DNA from: Lama guanicoe
Lineage: Eukaryota
NCBI GenBank assembly: GCA_013239625.1
Contig: MU056898.1
Location: 1,021,717-1,085,716, forward strand
Direction: 5' to 3'
DNA length: 64,000 nucleotides
Part shown: positions 1-12,650 of the stretch, piece by piece
Position numbering within the stretch: position 1 is the stretch's first letter
How the letters are laid out: each line of letters begins with the position of its first letter
The notes under the pieces: generated by a model
What the model was told of the DNA's origin: nothing
Databases searched by the model: none
Seen by the model: only the letters and a program-made list of their open reading frames with translations
Translations under genes and position numbers: made by a program

Positions 1-1351
1 ACAGTTCCGGCTGGCTTGCTCTGACCACTGGCTCGTCGACGCCGATGAAACAAGGCCTTTTCTCAGGAAGCCTGTTGCTCAATGATCAGAATTCCACCTG
101 GTTTATTGGCACCATGTTTTCTTGATCTCTTGTCTGAGGAAGGACCCTGGAAGCCTTTGCTGGAAGTTGTCCGTCTGTGGTAATTGTGCTGGGTCTCCTG
201 GCCCATAGGTTGTCCTGCTGTTGCTGGGAGTCGCTGGTGCCTGTCCTGTCTCTCGCCTGGCGGCACCTGTGGGCAGAGTGCCCACTGGGTCTTGGGAGGC
301 CTGGCTGAGCCTGCGCCCTACAGGGCCGTGGGTGTGTGCTGGGCACAGCCAGCCCGGCCCGTGCCGTTGCCCTCCCTCGTGGGACGTGCCCACTCTTGAG
401 AGCATGGCACAGACAGTAGCAAGGGGCCTCCAGGGCCAGGAGAGAGGCGCCTGATGCTTTGGGAGCTTTCCAGGGGGCCTGACCTGGGGGAGGGGTGTGG
501 CAGGCTTCCCCTAGGGCACTTTCTGGGCTGAAATCTGAAGGGTGGTGTTAAGTGGTGAGGAGCGGAGGGCTTCTCCCAAGGCCTCTGGGACATGGGGGTG
601 GGAAAAGAGCGAGTTCACAGGACAGGATGGGCCCCTGGGCGGCCTGAGAGACAGAGGTCAGGCCAGCCTGGTCCCCGAGGGGCCATGCCGAGAGGTTTGT
701 CTTTGCTGACAGCCGTTGTCAGGCTTCACTGGCTGTGACACGTTCAGCTGCGCAAGCTGACATGACCACTTGGCTCCTGTTCGGAGAGGTAGCTGGGAGC
801 CATCCTCAAACAGACGAGAGAGGACATGACCTTGGCTAGGTGGGGGTGGGGTGGGGGCTCCATGAGGGTGCAGGGGGGGTGGGCCAGAGCTAGGACGGGA
901 TTTGGCTCCTAGGGCGGGAGAGCTTGTGGACTGTTGGGGGACAGGCATCTGAAGCATCGTTGAAAAAGCCAGAAGGAAACGTTGGATGTCTGCAGGGCTG
1001 GAGATGAGGTTCCATCTGAGTCGCTCCCATGAGCTGGCCTGGGGGCAGAAGTGGAGCAGGAAGGGCGGACAGATGAGACGGGCTCGGCCTGTCCTGCCCA
1101 GGCAGCTCTGCAGGGCTTGTCTGTGTGTCTGCAGGAGGGGCTGGCGCCCCACATCGTGTCAGTCCCTGCCCCCCCGTGGCCAGGACGCTGTGCTTGGAGC
1201 AAGGAGACCTTAGGACGCACACCGGGCCCTGTTCCCCGGGAGACGGGATGTCGGCTCCCTTGGGTCTGTCTGCGTTCAGTCTGGGTGGAAACCTTCTAGC
1301 CTGTTCTGCCGCTTACCTGGCAGATCGTTGAAGGTCAGAGTTACCAGAGCT

Positions 1352-1387
1352 CAGGGTGGGCCACACAGCCAGGGTGGGCCACGCAGC
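1352..1387. repeat. 18-bp tandem duplication (cagggtgggccac[a/g]cagc x2)
   Basis: Read directly from the sequence; one mismatch between copies. Confidence 0.9.
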
Positions 1388-4314
1388 CTGAGTGAGCCCT
1401 GCCCTGAGCGGGTGTGAGGACTGCGGCAGTGACATTTATGAAGACTTCGGCCTTGAAACTAGGGAGGGAACGTGATGAGGCCCTAATGGATTTCTGTGCT
1501 TCTCCCAGCCACCTGGAATTAGTTTCCTGTGGTGATTTTGAAATCGCCGACCTCAGCTCTTAGCACACGGCTCTTTTTAAAACAGGAGGGTGTCTGAGGA
1601 GCTGGCGTGGGTGTCCGTGGGCTTGGGAGAGCCTGGGCGGTACGGCCACCTGAGGGGAGGCGGGCTTCCGAGGACACATGGTATCCCCCAGGGACGAGCA
1701 GAATAGTGTGGCACGGGTCCCCTTTGTCTCAGTCCCCTTTCCTGTGAATAATCGGGGCCCCTCCACGTGCCTGAGAGCCTCTGAGCCCCTGAGGGTCTTG
1801 CCGGAGTGTCTGGAACGCAGGCTGGGCTGAGGGGGCTGTGGGGAGTGGAAGCCGGGGGTCTGCCTCGGGGCCCTGAGCGAGAAGGATTGAGAACTCTTTT
1901 CTGCAGGGCTCCGGGGAAGCGACCTCGGATAGCAGGAAGCACTGCTCCTCAGGCCTTGTCCTCGGTGCCCTGGGGATGGTGCTGAGTGGAGGGGTCTGCA
2001 TGGCTTGGGTGCCCGTCTGGTTTGATCCGAGGGGAGGAGAGATGGCTGTTTGCTGTCAGTCTCTGAAGGGGTCGGGAGCCAGTGGCCTTTTCTGCCTTAA
2101 GTGGCAGCTGGCAGACTGGTGCCTGAGGTAACTGCAGACCTGAGCCTTCCTGCTGGGGGGGCGAGTGGGGTCTCCGCAGAGGGCCAGTGGGGCGGACTCA
2201 CCCCTGATGGCAGGCCCGCCTTCCTCCGCTGCCCGGTGCTGCCCCTTCTTCCTCCTGTCCGTGTGCGCCGGCCGGGTGCTGGGGGCCGGGTGCTGGGCTG
2301 CGGTGCAGGGTCGGGAGTGCTGTCAGCTTTGCTGGAGCCCGTGCGCAGGTGTGGCCGGTGTGGCTCATGGAAGACGCAGTGCTTGACCCGAAGCCAGGAG
2401 GTTCCAGCCAGGGAAGTGGCCTGTGTGCACGCACACCATTCAGAGCCCGGGTGCTTAGGAGAAGTCCCCTGGTTCCATATGGTTCTCACCAGAGTGCCTG
2501 GCGGTGGCAGGAGCACGAGGTGGCAGGGATCGGATCCCGAAGGTGTCTGGGTCTCCCTGTGGCTTTGGGACTTAATCCTACAGGTGACAGGTGGGGAGTA
2601 CCCACTGTTTGAGGCGGAAGGGCCTCTTTCCTCCTCTGCATTCACCGGGAAGGGTCTTGGTTCCTGGCTGGCCCCTGTCCGGTGGAGGTCCAGGCTGCGT
2701 CTGATGCCCTGCAGGCTCCTGGCTCCCAAGGCCTGTCCCGGGGTGGGGGCGGTGGTGTTCCCTGCCAGGTGAGGGCGCCCCGTCCTCTTCGGTGGACAGT
2801 CTGCCCACAATCAGAAGGTTGTGTTTATTGAGTCGTGGTGACAGTTGAGGGGGTGGCTCTCCTGCCCGGGGCCCTTGGGACTTACAAAGGTGTCTGGTGG
2901 TCAAGGCCATGTTCTTTCCATCTGTCCTGTTTCTTCTCTGGATAAGTGCCTGTTGCCTCCTGACCCATTGTCTGTTGCGAGAGCTGTGATTTGGGGAGAG
3001 TCACTGACGCGTTCATTCCTTGCACACTGAGTCGAGGACCTGCTGTCCTCGTGGACATCGTGGACACTGAGCTATGCGCCGCAGCTCTGCCCTCCTGTCC
3101 TCAGAGACAGCCGATTTTAAACAGTGGAACCATGGGGAGCCGCTGTGGCTTGGTGACTTAAAGACGCTGCAGCAGCATTTTGGGGGGTGTCCGGCTTGGC
3201 TGCAGACAGACCGTGTTTGCATCTTTGCTGGTCTTGAATGGTGTTGGTGGGCAGAGGCCAGATGTTTTCTCTGGTCTGGAAGTTGCGAGCAGACAGGAGG
3301 CTCCAGAGTGTGTCTCTTTAAGGACAGTCCCCTCTAACGAGGGTCTTGGCTGCTGACAGGATGGCTCTGTCCGAGGAGAGCTGCCGGAGGGCTCGCAGGG
3401 CCCATGTGTGCTTGTGGCTGGTCAGTCTTCTTGCCAGCTCCATGGATGAGGGGCCACTTGGCAGAGGAGGGACCAGGTTCTGAGAGGGGCTTGTGGCCAA
3501 GGTCATCCCGGGAGTTAGTGGCGCCCTTGTTGGATTGCTTGGCTGGGACTGGCCTGGTGGGTGGGCACTGCCCTCCATCACCTCCATCCATCTGGCCGGC
3601 CACATGGTGCCTGCAGCTGGAGCCTGCGTCTTTGTGAGCTGATCCGCCTGCTGCTGGCACGGACAGGCTCCTATTGGGGAGCTGCCCGCCAGTTTAGCCC
3701 GGGCAACGCTCGGCAGGAGCGGGCAGGAAGCCCGCCAGCTGGTAGCGGCTCTTTCAGACCTGACGGCTCCCAGCTCCTTGGCACAGAGGGCCTGCCAGCC
3801 TGCTGGGGGCTGACGGCTGTGCCTTTGCTCGGGCTGGGCACCTCGGGGTAGCCCTTCCATGAGGGAGGCTCTGCGAGGCACAGTAAGATGGTCATTACCT
3901 GGGAGAGGAAGACTTACCTTCTGGGGCGGCAACACAATACTGTCTTGTTCGCGGAGGCGGCTGAGTTAGAAGATCAGCAATTAATTTTTTATTACGTGCA
4001 AACTGCTCTTCAGGCTCGTGGAGCCGAGCAGCCCTCCTGCAGCAGGGTGGGGAGGCGGCTACCTTGGCTACCTCGTGTCAGCCTTCAGGGCACTGCTGTC
4101 GGTCTGCTTTAGCGCTGATGGGGGTTGTGTATGAGCCTGTGTGGAGGGCATTTAGACACAATTCTGTCTTCCCACTCGCTCTCCCCAGCTTCTGCCTTTT
4201 CTGTGCTGCGGGGTTTTCCTGCCGTTAGGTCTTGGGCGTATTTGCCTTCTGCCGGGACTGCAGTCGCAGAGGCAGACGAGCTGAGCTGCGGCGCGCTGCC
4301 CTGCGCTGCTCCTG

Positions 4315-4615
4315 CAGGCGCACCTCACTCCACTGGGCTGCGCTTTGTCCCGCTCGGCAGATACTGCGTTTTTACATCTTGAAGGTTTGTCGAGCAAGTC
4401 TGTTGGCGTTTACCCAACAGCATCATTTTTTAAATTAGGGTGGGTGCACATTTTAGACGTAATGCTGTTGCACATGGAGTAGGCTGTAGTGCAGTGTGAA
4501 CAGAACGCCTGTGTGTGCGGCAAGCCGGCAAGCCTGTGTGCCTCACATTACCGCAGTGTCCACTTGGCTGTAGCCGCCTGGAGCTGAACGCATCGTACCC
4601 CCCGGCGTCCGCTTG
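4315..4615 (+). mobile_element. Internally deleted Tigger1-type (TcMar) DNA transposon with both ends present
   Basis: The 5' end caggcgcacctc...cagatactgcgtttttacatcttgaaggtttgtcgagcaagtc and the 3' end ttttagacgtaatgctgttgcaca...gcttg|ta match recalled Tigger1 termini. TA follows at 4616-4617. Confidence 0.75.
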
Positions 4616-5549
4616 TAGCGAAATTAGGGCCGTTTTTTCGCTTGACTTAGTTGAGAAGAGAGTTGCTGGGAGCTGTCGCTGGCGTTTGCGCTAGTTGGGG
4701 CGTTTTTGTGGTTTTCTACAGCTTAGCTGCAGTGCCCGAGGCGCGCCAGTAGGGGCCACTGCCAGGCTACCGAAGCTCGAGCCTTCCGACACAGAGACTT
4801 CTGATAATAGAAAATAGACTTTCTCGTGTCTCATTCAGTTAATTAGCAGTTCCTGTCCACAATGGGGTGGACTTACAGCGGAGGCTGGCAGGCTTTTCCC
4901 TTGAAAGGCCAGGGAGTAAACATTCAGGGCTTTGTGGCCCCAGGGCTCTAGCACAGAGCAGCTGACCAGCCTCCCTGTCCGGTGGGATTGTGAGGCTCCC
5001 GTGCTGAAGCGGGGGTGAGCCAGGACAGGGCAGCGCCGGGGGCTGCCCGGTGGGAAGGCTGCGCGGACAGCCTGCAGGTGAATAGGGGTGACCACGTTAC
5101 TGGAAACCTTAGTTCCCCACAGGCGGTAGGCAGGTTTGAGCCCAGGGCCCTCGGCTGTGGCCCTGCTTTAGGGGCGGGACTGGCACTTGGTTTAAAGGCC
5201 CAGCTTTCCTCTTTCCCTCCACGTGCTCTTTTCCATGCAGCTTTCTGCTCACATGGACTCATGGTGGTTACGTTCTTCTTCTCTGGTTTGAGAGAATCTG
5301 GTCCCGGGATGTGACCTCATTTGAGGACAGTCGCTGGAAGTGACCTAGCGCAGGACTGAGCACACAAGGCACGGGTTCAGCACCTGCCCTGCTGGCGCCT
5401 TGACCCTGTGCCGTGAGCTCTCACAGGGGGCGGGGGGCCCTGAGGACACAGCGCCCTTCACCGGGCTCAGAGGGAACAGCCCTTTAGGTCCACTCCCAGG
5501 GCTGGGGGGGGCTCGTTTCTGGTAGCTGAGCTCACCGGTTCTGCTCAGC

Positions 5550-5950
5550 AGATGCTCGTTGAGCGATTACCGTGTGGCCGATGCCGAGTTGGCGCCGCCC
5601 CAGAGAACAAGGTAAGCGGGGTCCTTGCGTTGACACCGAGCCCAGTGCTGCTGTGTTTAGGGGCCGAGGGGGCGGGCGCCACCGCGCCCAGGGCTGGGGA
5701 CGTGGGCTTCCATAGCTGGGTTGAGGGCAGCTGGCCTCAGCCCCTGGTGGCTGGACAGGCGCGTGAGCTGGGGTGAGGCCTGCGCCGTCCCGGGCGGGCC
5801 CGGAGCGGGGTGCACCTGCGCCCATCCCCTTGCTTCCTCTCCCGGTTCACCTGGGCCTGGCGCAAACACTCGGTTGCAGTCCCTGTCTTCCCGTGGCGTG
5901 AGCGGCCGCCGGCCCTCCGTGGGCAGCGAGTACCGGGAGGAGTTGCCTTT
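5550..5950. promoter_or_regulatory. CpG-dense patch with GC box
   Basis: Many CpGs (ggcgccgcc, gcgccaccgcgccc, gcggccgccggcc) and GGGGCGGG near 5668-5676. Confidence 0.4.
5552..5611 (+). other. Candidate (unproven) 60-nt cassette or alternative exon
   Basis: CAGCAG| acceptor and AAG|GTAAGC donor. Length is divisible by 3 and the segment is open in the MAD1L1 phase-2 frame. Confidence 0.3.
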
Positions 5951-7829
5951 GTTTCCATCAAGAGCACGAACACGGCTTGGAGTGCCTGCCTTTACTGACA
6001 GCCCTTGCCAAACTACTTTCACTTAATTGTCTCCCAGGGCTGAGCTGGAATACACTTTGTGTTAAATTCAGTTTTCCTTTTTCTGAACGAAATGGACTTA
6101 ATACCCTTGTTAAAGTCTGATTAAAACCGAAATCAAGTTTTTTGAAGTCTGATTATCCCATGAAGTGGAATTTTTAAACCTAATTACAGATGGATCTGCA
6201 TATACTTCCCAGCACCATTGAAGAGAAAGCTGAAATAAATTTATTAATGACATCCTTTCTGTCGTTTCCTTGGGGCGTGACGTTGGTTTAGGAGCAGAGG
6301 CAGGGAGGGGTGGTGGGGAGGAGAGAAGCTACCTTTCTCCCCCTCCTTCCTCAGAGAGGGTCTGTCTCACACTTCAGTCCTCGGAGAGTCAGTTCCCAGA
6401 GGCTCAGCTCACTCTCGTTTTCACCCTGGTCTGCTGGTGCACGTGGCGGGTGTCCTCCCCGCGGCTCCCTGGGTTCGGAGATCTCGTCTTGGTGGAGCAG
6501 GGTGGGAGGGGGTACTGATTGTAGTCTCTGGGGTCCCCCTTTTGGCCCTAAACACAGGTTTATATTTAACAAGCTACCCCTATCCTAACTCTGTATTGCA
6601 TTGATTATTTAAAAAAAAGTAGGAGCAAACTTTCTCTAACCACCTGGAGATAGACGGGATTTTCAGAGGGTGCGTCTTTGTTCCCTGAGAAACACCGCCT
6701 TCCGGAGGGGTTGCTGCCTGTGCCGTACCTGGAGTCACACGGCCTCCTCTGACTTCGCAGCAGTAAGTAGCAGGGGTGACAGACTCCCTGGCCTTCCTTA
6801 CCCGAGGCGGTCCATCTGGCGGGGCGGCCATCCCTGGCACCTCCCCACTGTCTAGACCGTCCCCTCTGTGTTCCGTCTGCAGTAGCAGCCAGGCTCTGGG
6901 GGTCCCAGCACCGTGGATACGGCCCGGCCCTGGTGACGGGGTTGAGGGCGTGACCCCGAGTGCAGAACTGCCTACTGGGCTCTGTCGTGCTGAGCCCGGC
7001 TGATGGCCGCTCTGCAGGGATGTGTGACCGGTGCTGTGAGGTGCCCCGATCCCTAGGAGAAACTAAACACGTGGATCTTTTAGATGGAATCCTTGATTTT
7101 AGAAACACCGCCTGGGCCAAGGGAGCCCTGTTTTGAAGATGAACTTGCAGCTTGGTCCGGCAGCATGGGTGCAGCCGGCACGTCACCCGATCTCCCCCGG
7201 CCCCCCACAAGCCCACGCTCTCACCACACTCACCTCTCTGGGCCTCGTCTGTGTCTTCCACTCTCTGTGCCCGGGCTGTTCGCCTGCTGTTTCCCCATGG
7301 GGTGCTGTTCAGGCTGACTCTGTGTCTGAGTTACAGCCAGGCACCAGGCACGTGGCTGACGACGCGTCTCCCACTAGTTCAGAGTCGAGCAGGAGGCCCA
7401 GGCTGGACCTAACTGGTGGGGTCCAAGCTTTTAAAGACTTATTTATTTATGTTTCATTTTTGCTGTAGCTCCTTGGGAGAGAGCCTGTCTCACGAGCACT
7501 GAATGAACGGACCTGCCAGGAGTAGAGGCTGGGGGCTTCGCACCGTCCTCGGTGAGGGGCTGGGGGTAGAAGGCTTGAATGTGGGACTGCAGTGGAGACT
7601 GGTAAACACCAGGGAGGACCACATTTGCTGGTCTGTTCCCCACCTGACCCTCTTAGAAACCAGTTCAGGCCGTCCTGGAGTGGGCGGCAGTGTGCGGGGA
7701 GGAGCCGGGACACGTGGGCCTGGTGGAGTGCAGGCTGCCTCTGGTGAATTGCTTCCCTCGCTGAGCCAAGGTCCGCACCTGAGGGGCGGGGCCTGCAGCA
7801 CCTAGCTCCCTGGGTTCTTGGAGATTGTA

Positions 7830-8130
7830 TAGATAGTGTGTGTACATCGCCCAAGACCTAGTGACCTGAAACAACAGCGTCTGTTACCTCCAGTTCCTGC
7901 GGGCCCTGAGTCCAGGCAGGGCTTAGCTGGGTCCCTTGGCTCTGGGCGTCTCACAAGGCCGCAGTCGTCTCAGGGCTGTGCCGAGGGGCTCCCGGGGGGG
8001 GGCGCCTCCTAGCTCACTGACCAGGCGGGGCTCCTCTCCTGGGGGCCTTGGACTGAGCCCCCTCCAGTCGGGGGCCTCTGACTGTTCCACGTGCTGTGCT
8101 GGCTCTGTCCGTCTCGCTGCCTGGGGCCCT
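7830..8130. mobile_element. MLT1-family (ERVL-MaLR) LTR fragment
   Basis: aaacaacagc...cagggcttagctgggtcccttggctctgggcgtctcacaaggccgcagtc resembles the recalled MLT1 consensus. Confidence 0.65.
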
Positions 8131-8179
8131 TGCCGTGGGTCAGAAGTGCTTCCCCGCGGCGTCCTTCCTGCCTCTGCTC

Positions 8180-9620
8180 GCTGACGATGCTGACGTCTCC
8201 TCTGGCCGCACTTGTTTGATGTCCACGTGTCTTCCGTGTGAGGCGTCTTCCAGAGGCTTTTGCCCGGTTTTAAATGCGATTGTTATTGTTGAGATGTAAG
8301 AGTCCTGCGTGTATGCTCTTGATAGAATCTGCCCTGTATTTGGTGATTGTTTTCTCCTAGCACATGGCTGGCCTTCCCATTTTCTTAGGGCCTTTTGAAA
8401 AGTACAGGATTTTAATTTGAAATCTGATCTGTCAATTCTCTTCTTCTATAGTGTGTGCTTTTTGTGTGTGCCAGGCTCAAGCCTCTAGAATCTGCTCTCT
8501 AGGATCAGCTTTTGTGTTAACTGTGAGGAATTTCGTGTATGTGGTGTGGTAGCAGTTGAGAGTTGCCTTCTCCCCCCATGGCAGATGTCTGTTTGTTGAA
8601 GACACCGTCTCTCCTCCTCTGAATCTCCTTGGCACTTTCGGAAGCCGGCCTTCTGTGTGCGGGTCTCTTTCCAGGCTCCTCCTGGCTCCGTGTCTACCCT
8701 TTGGCCAGAACAGTGCTGTCATAACTACTGTGGCCGTGTAATCATTTCTAAAATGACCCGAGAAGCCCCCCAGCGTCGTCCTCTTTTTGGACGTTGTTTC
8801 GGCTACTCTAGTTACGTCACGCTTTCACGTCAATTTTAGAGCCGGCTTCCAGGGTTCCTTTCTGTGTGCTTTATTTCATCCGCTGGCTTGTTCACTCACC
8901 TGCTTGGTGTCTTTTTCTTGCCCCGCTGTGCCTGCGGCGCCCTCCAGCTCAGTCTGGAACCGAGGTGAGGATGAGGCTGCCTGCCACCTGTCCCCAGGGA
9001 GAGCCCCCGGGGCCTCGTCCTTGGGTGCAGAGCGAGCTTTAGGTCCTCAGGGGACAATTTCTCCGGTGGAGGGGGCTTCACTTTATCCCTTGTCTGCTGA
9101 GAGTTGTTGCTTCTGTTTTTAAATCATGAACGAGTTTTGACTATAATTAGCTGCTTTTTCTGCATCTCTGGGGATGATGATAATGTTTTTACTCAATATT
9201 CTGTTAATATAGTTAATACATAAATGGATTTTTCCAGTGCCTAACCAACCTTGCATTCCTGCGAAAAACTGCACTTGATCATGGTATGTTATTCTTTTGA
9301 TAAGCAGTGCATTTGATTTGCTAATATTTTATTAAGTGTTTTGCTTCTCTGTTGATGCAGAATATTGCTTTGTGGTTTTCTTTTAGTACCTTTATCTGGT
9401 TTTGTTATCAGGGCGATTTTGTCATCATGAAATGAGCTGGGAAGTACTTCCTCTACTTCTGCTTTCTTGGAAGAGTTTGTATATAATTATGTCTTAATTA
9501 AATGGTAGGACTCACCAGTGAAGCCGCCTCTGGGCACGCGGTTCTCCTCGTGGGAAGAAGGCTCTTACTAGGCTCCGCGTCTTTGACAGACGCGGGGCTC
9601 TTGCCTTGTCTCTGTCTCCT
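8180..9620 (-). mobile_element. Old L1 (L1M) ORF2 fragments, antisense to the gene
   Basis: Typical antisense ORF2 strings: aaccaaccttgcattcctg, gatcatggtatgttattcttttg, atttgatttgctaatattttatt, aatgagctgggaagtacttcctc. Confidence 0.8.
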
Positions 9621-9769
9621 GGGTGCGCCCACTCCCTTTCCCTTCCCTCCTTCCTCTTCTCTCCTCTCCATTTTACTTGTGCATGGTTGCGATAGTCATT
9701 TGAAGTAATAATTAAGGTTACTTTTCAGTTTGTCTCTTACTTTTGATTTTTTTTCATTTCCCTTCTTAT

Positions 9770-10640
9770 TTAATTTTCTGGGTATATAGGACATTAATAC
9801 GTCCTAGATTGTCAAAACTACACAGAAAGGCATAACTGAAGAAGTGCCTTTCCAACCTGTATCTCTGGTCCTCCCCCGCCTTGGAGGTGACCACTTTTAT
9901 TTTTTTCCTTGTTTATCCTTCCTGTGTTTCTTTTTGTAAATATAAACAGATATATGTATAATTTTGGTTTTTTCCCTGTTCTCTCACATAAAAGGTGTAT
10001 GTACTCTTGACACTATAAAAAAACTTTTTTAAAAAATTGAAGTACAGTTGACTTAAATGTTGCATTAGTTTCAGGGGTCCAGCAAAGCGATTTGGCTATG
10101 TGTGAGTGTGTGTGCGCGCTCGCACATGGACACGCATGTTCTTTTCCCACTTCTTTTCCGTTACAGGCTATTACGAGGTACTGAGTATTGTTCCCTGTGC
10201 TGTGCAGTAGGCCCTGGTTGTGACACTTTGTTTCTTGCACTTAATAATGCCTGTAGAGGGTCCCTGGCTGGCTGGCTGCTACGGGCACCCACTTCTTCCT
10301 GCAGCCCGGCGCGGGGCCCCTGAGCCTGCGGCACTCCCCGCGGGCTTCGGTGTTGAGGTAGCTGCCGATACTGTGCAGTTGCAGACAACGCTGTAATGAG
10401 TAAGCTTGTGCACGGTCACTTACTGTGGCCGGTGCTGCATCTTCCAGCTAAGCCCTTAGACTTGGGACTGCTGGACCAGAGGACACACACTTTTGTCAGC
10501 TATTGGAAAAGCCTCACGCGGGGCTGAACCGTGTTGTGTTCCTGCCAGCAGTGCATGGACACGCCTGTTTCCCTGCTGCCCAGGGAGCTGTACTTTAAAA
10601 GGCTTTGCAGATAATTGTGGGTATTCTTCTTTGGTACTGC
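9770..10640 (-). mobile_element. L1ME-like 3' end fragment, split by a younger L1
   Basis: gaggtgaccacttttat...gtttatccttcc...cttgcacttaataat resembles the L1ME 3'UTR. Confidence 0.55.
10015..10220 (-). mobile_element. Cetartiodactyl-type L1 3' end, 5'-truncated, nested insertion
   Basis: ttgaagtacagttgacttaaatgttgcattagtttcaggggtccagcaaagcgatt...tattgttccctgtgctgtgcagtaggccctggttg; flanked by tgacact at 10008-10014 and 10221-10227. Confidence 0.8.
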
Positions 10641-10659
10641 TCCAGAGGCATAATTTCTT

Positions 10660-12115
10660 TCTTCTTTTTTTACATTGTGTTAAAATACGCACACCATAAA
10701 ATGTATCACTTTAACCATTTTAGGCTCTAAGTGCGTCCGCATTGTTGTGCGACCATCACTGCTGCCACCTCCGGAACTTTCTCATCTTCCAAGACTGATT
10801 TTGCCCCAGTGAACACTGAGTGCGCCCTCCTCCCCCGCCCCCGCCCACTGAGTGGTTGTCCTTTTGCGTCTGGTTTCTCGCGCTCATCGCAGTGGCCTCA
10901 GGGGCCCTCCGTGCTGCAGCAGGTGTCAGAATTTTCTTTCTCTTCTAATCCATTGTATGTATATACTGCAGTTTGCTTATTCACCTGACCAAGGGCGCTT
11001 GGGTTACTTTTACCTTTTGGCTATTGTGAGTAACGACGCTTTGCACATGGGTGTACAAATCCTTCCTCCAGACTCTGTTCTCGGGGCTTTTGGGTGTAGA
11101 CCCAGCCGTGGAATTGCTGGGTCACATGGCGAGTCTGTGTTTACTGTTTTGACGAATCACCAAACTGTGTTCGCCGGTGGTGGCACTGTTTTACATTCCC
11201 CAGCAGAGCACAGGGTTCCAGTTCCTCCCCACCCTGGCCAGCAGGTACTTTCTGTCTCTTTGGTTTGTTCTTTGTTTTGATCGTCGACCTTTTACTGGCT
11301 GTGAGGTCGCACCTCACTGTGGCTTTGGTCCCCACTTCCCTGATGGTTGTGGCGTCAGGCGCCCTGTCACGTGCTCGTTGGCCACTGGTGTATCTTCTTG
11401 GAGAAACGCCATTCAGGTTCTGTGCCGTCTCCCAGCCGGGTTATCGTCTTGCTGTTGAGCTGCGAGGACTCTGTGTGTTCTGGGCACTGGACCCTTATCA
11501 GGTCTGCGATTCGCAGGTACTTCCTCACACCCCGTGGGCTGCCTTTCCACGCTCGCGTTAGTGCCCTGTGTACAGAAGTTGTTAATGTTCGTCAAGTCCA
11601 GCTGAGCTGCTTTTCTTTTGCTGCCTGTGCTCTGGGTGTCAGAGCCAGGAATCGTGGCCAAGTCCCACGTTAGGAGGCTTTCCCCCATGTTTTCTTTATA
11701 GTTTTAGCTCTTACGTTTAGGCCTCTGCTTCATTTTGAGTTTGTTTTGGTACATGGTCTTCGGTTTCTTTTCAGTTTCCGCAGCCCTGTTTGTTGAGAAG
11801 ATGGTCCTTTCCCCGCTGAATGGTCTCGGCGCTCTTGTTGAAAATCACTCGGCCACGTTTGCTAGGGTTTATTTCTGGGCTCTGTTCCGTCCCACTGGTC
11901 TGTGTCTTGCCTTTTCACCAGTACCGCTGGCTCCGATTGCTGTGGCTTTGTAATAGCCTTTGAACTCAGAAAGTGTGAGCCCTCCGACTTGATGTTTTCT
12001 CAAGTTTGTTTTGGTTATTCTGGGTCACTCGAGGTTTCGCAGGAATTTCAGGGTGGGTTTTTCCATTTCTGTAAAAACGTCATTGGGATTTTGACAGGGG
12101 TCACGTCGAATCTGG
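10660..12115 (-). mobile_element. L1MB-like element: 3' UTR plus ORF2 3' part
   Basis: cataaaatgtatcactttaaccatttt, ggttacttttaccttttggctattgtgagtaacg, ggaattgctgggtcacatgg, ttccatttctgtaaaaacgtcattgggattttgacaggg. Confidence 0.85.
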
Positions 12116-12129
12116 TGGTTTTCTGTTAA

Positions 12130-12650
12130 GTGAGAAGCTTATTCAACTCGTTTTTGAGAGCAAGGCGGTCAGATACCCAAGTTTGAGTAACTCATTTGTC
12201 AGTCACTTTTTCAAGTAGAATGGTTTGTTTGTTTTCTGTTAAAAGTAGCTAGTTCTGCTCACAGCTCAACCCAGAAGGCGACGGCCACCCTTTGGCTCCC
12301 CGGAGTGTCTTCTGTGCACCTCCCATCTCTTCACCCGTGGTATGAAGACGCCCCCCCAGGGGCAGGGCTTAGTATGTACAGTGTCGCTGGCATCCTGAAG
12401 TGCAGTTGGCTCTGCTCTTGAACTTCGTGTGGCCGTGCGGGATAAGGTGACTGCTGGCGTGCGGGCGGCGCGGCTGGCGTGACTCACTGATGCTTTCCTT
12501 GTGACAGCTTCTGTGTCCTCAGTGCAAACGTCAGCACAGGAAGGAAGGAAAGAAAGGGGAGAAAAAAGGCAAATAATAGCTTAATACTATTTCAAAAGTA
12601 GTTTGATCTTACAAGACCATCTAAGAAGGTCCCCGTGAGCCACACGGGAC
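12130..12650. mobile_element. Charlie1-family (hAT) DNA transposon fragment
   Basis: cagatacccaagtttgagtaac...tcagtgcaaacgtcagcacag...aaaaaggcaaataatagcttaatactatttcaaaagtagtttgatctt matches the recalled Charlie1 end. Confidence 0.7.
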
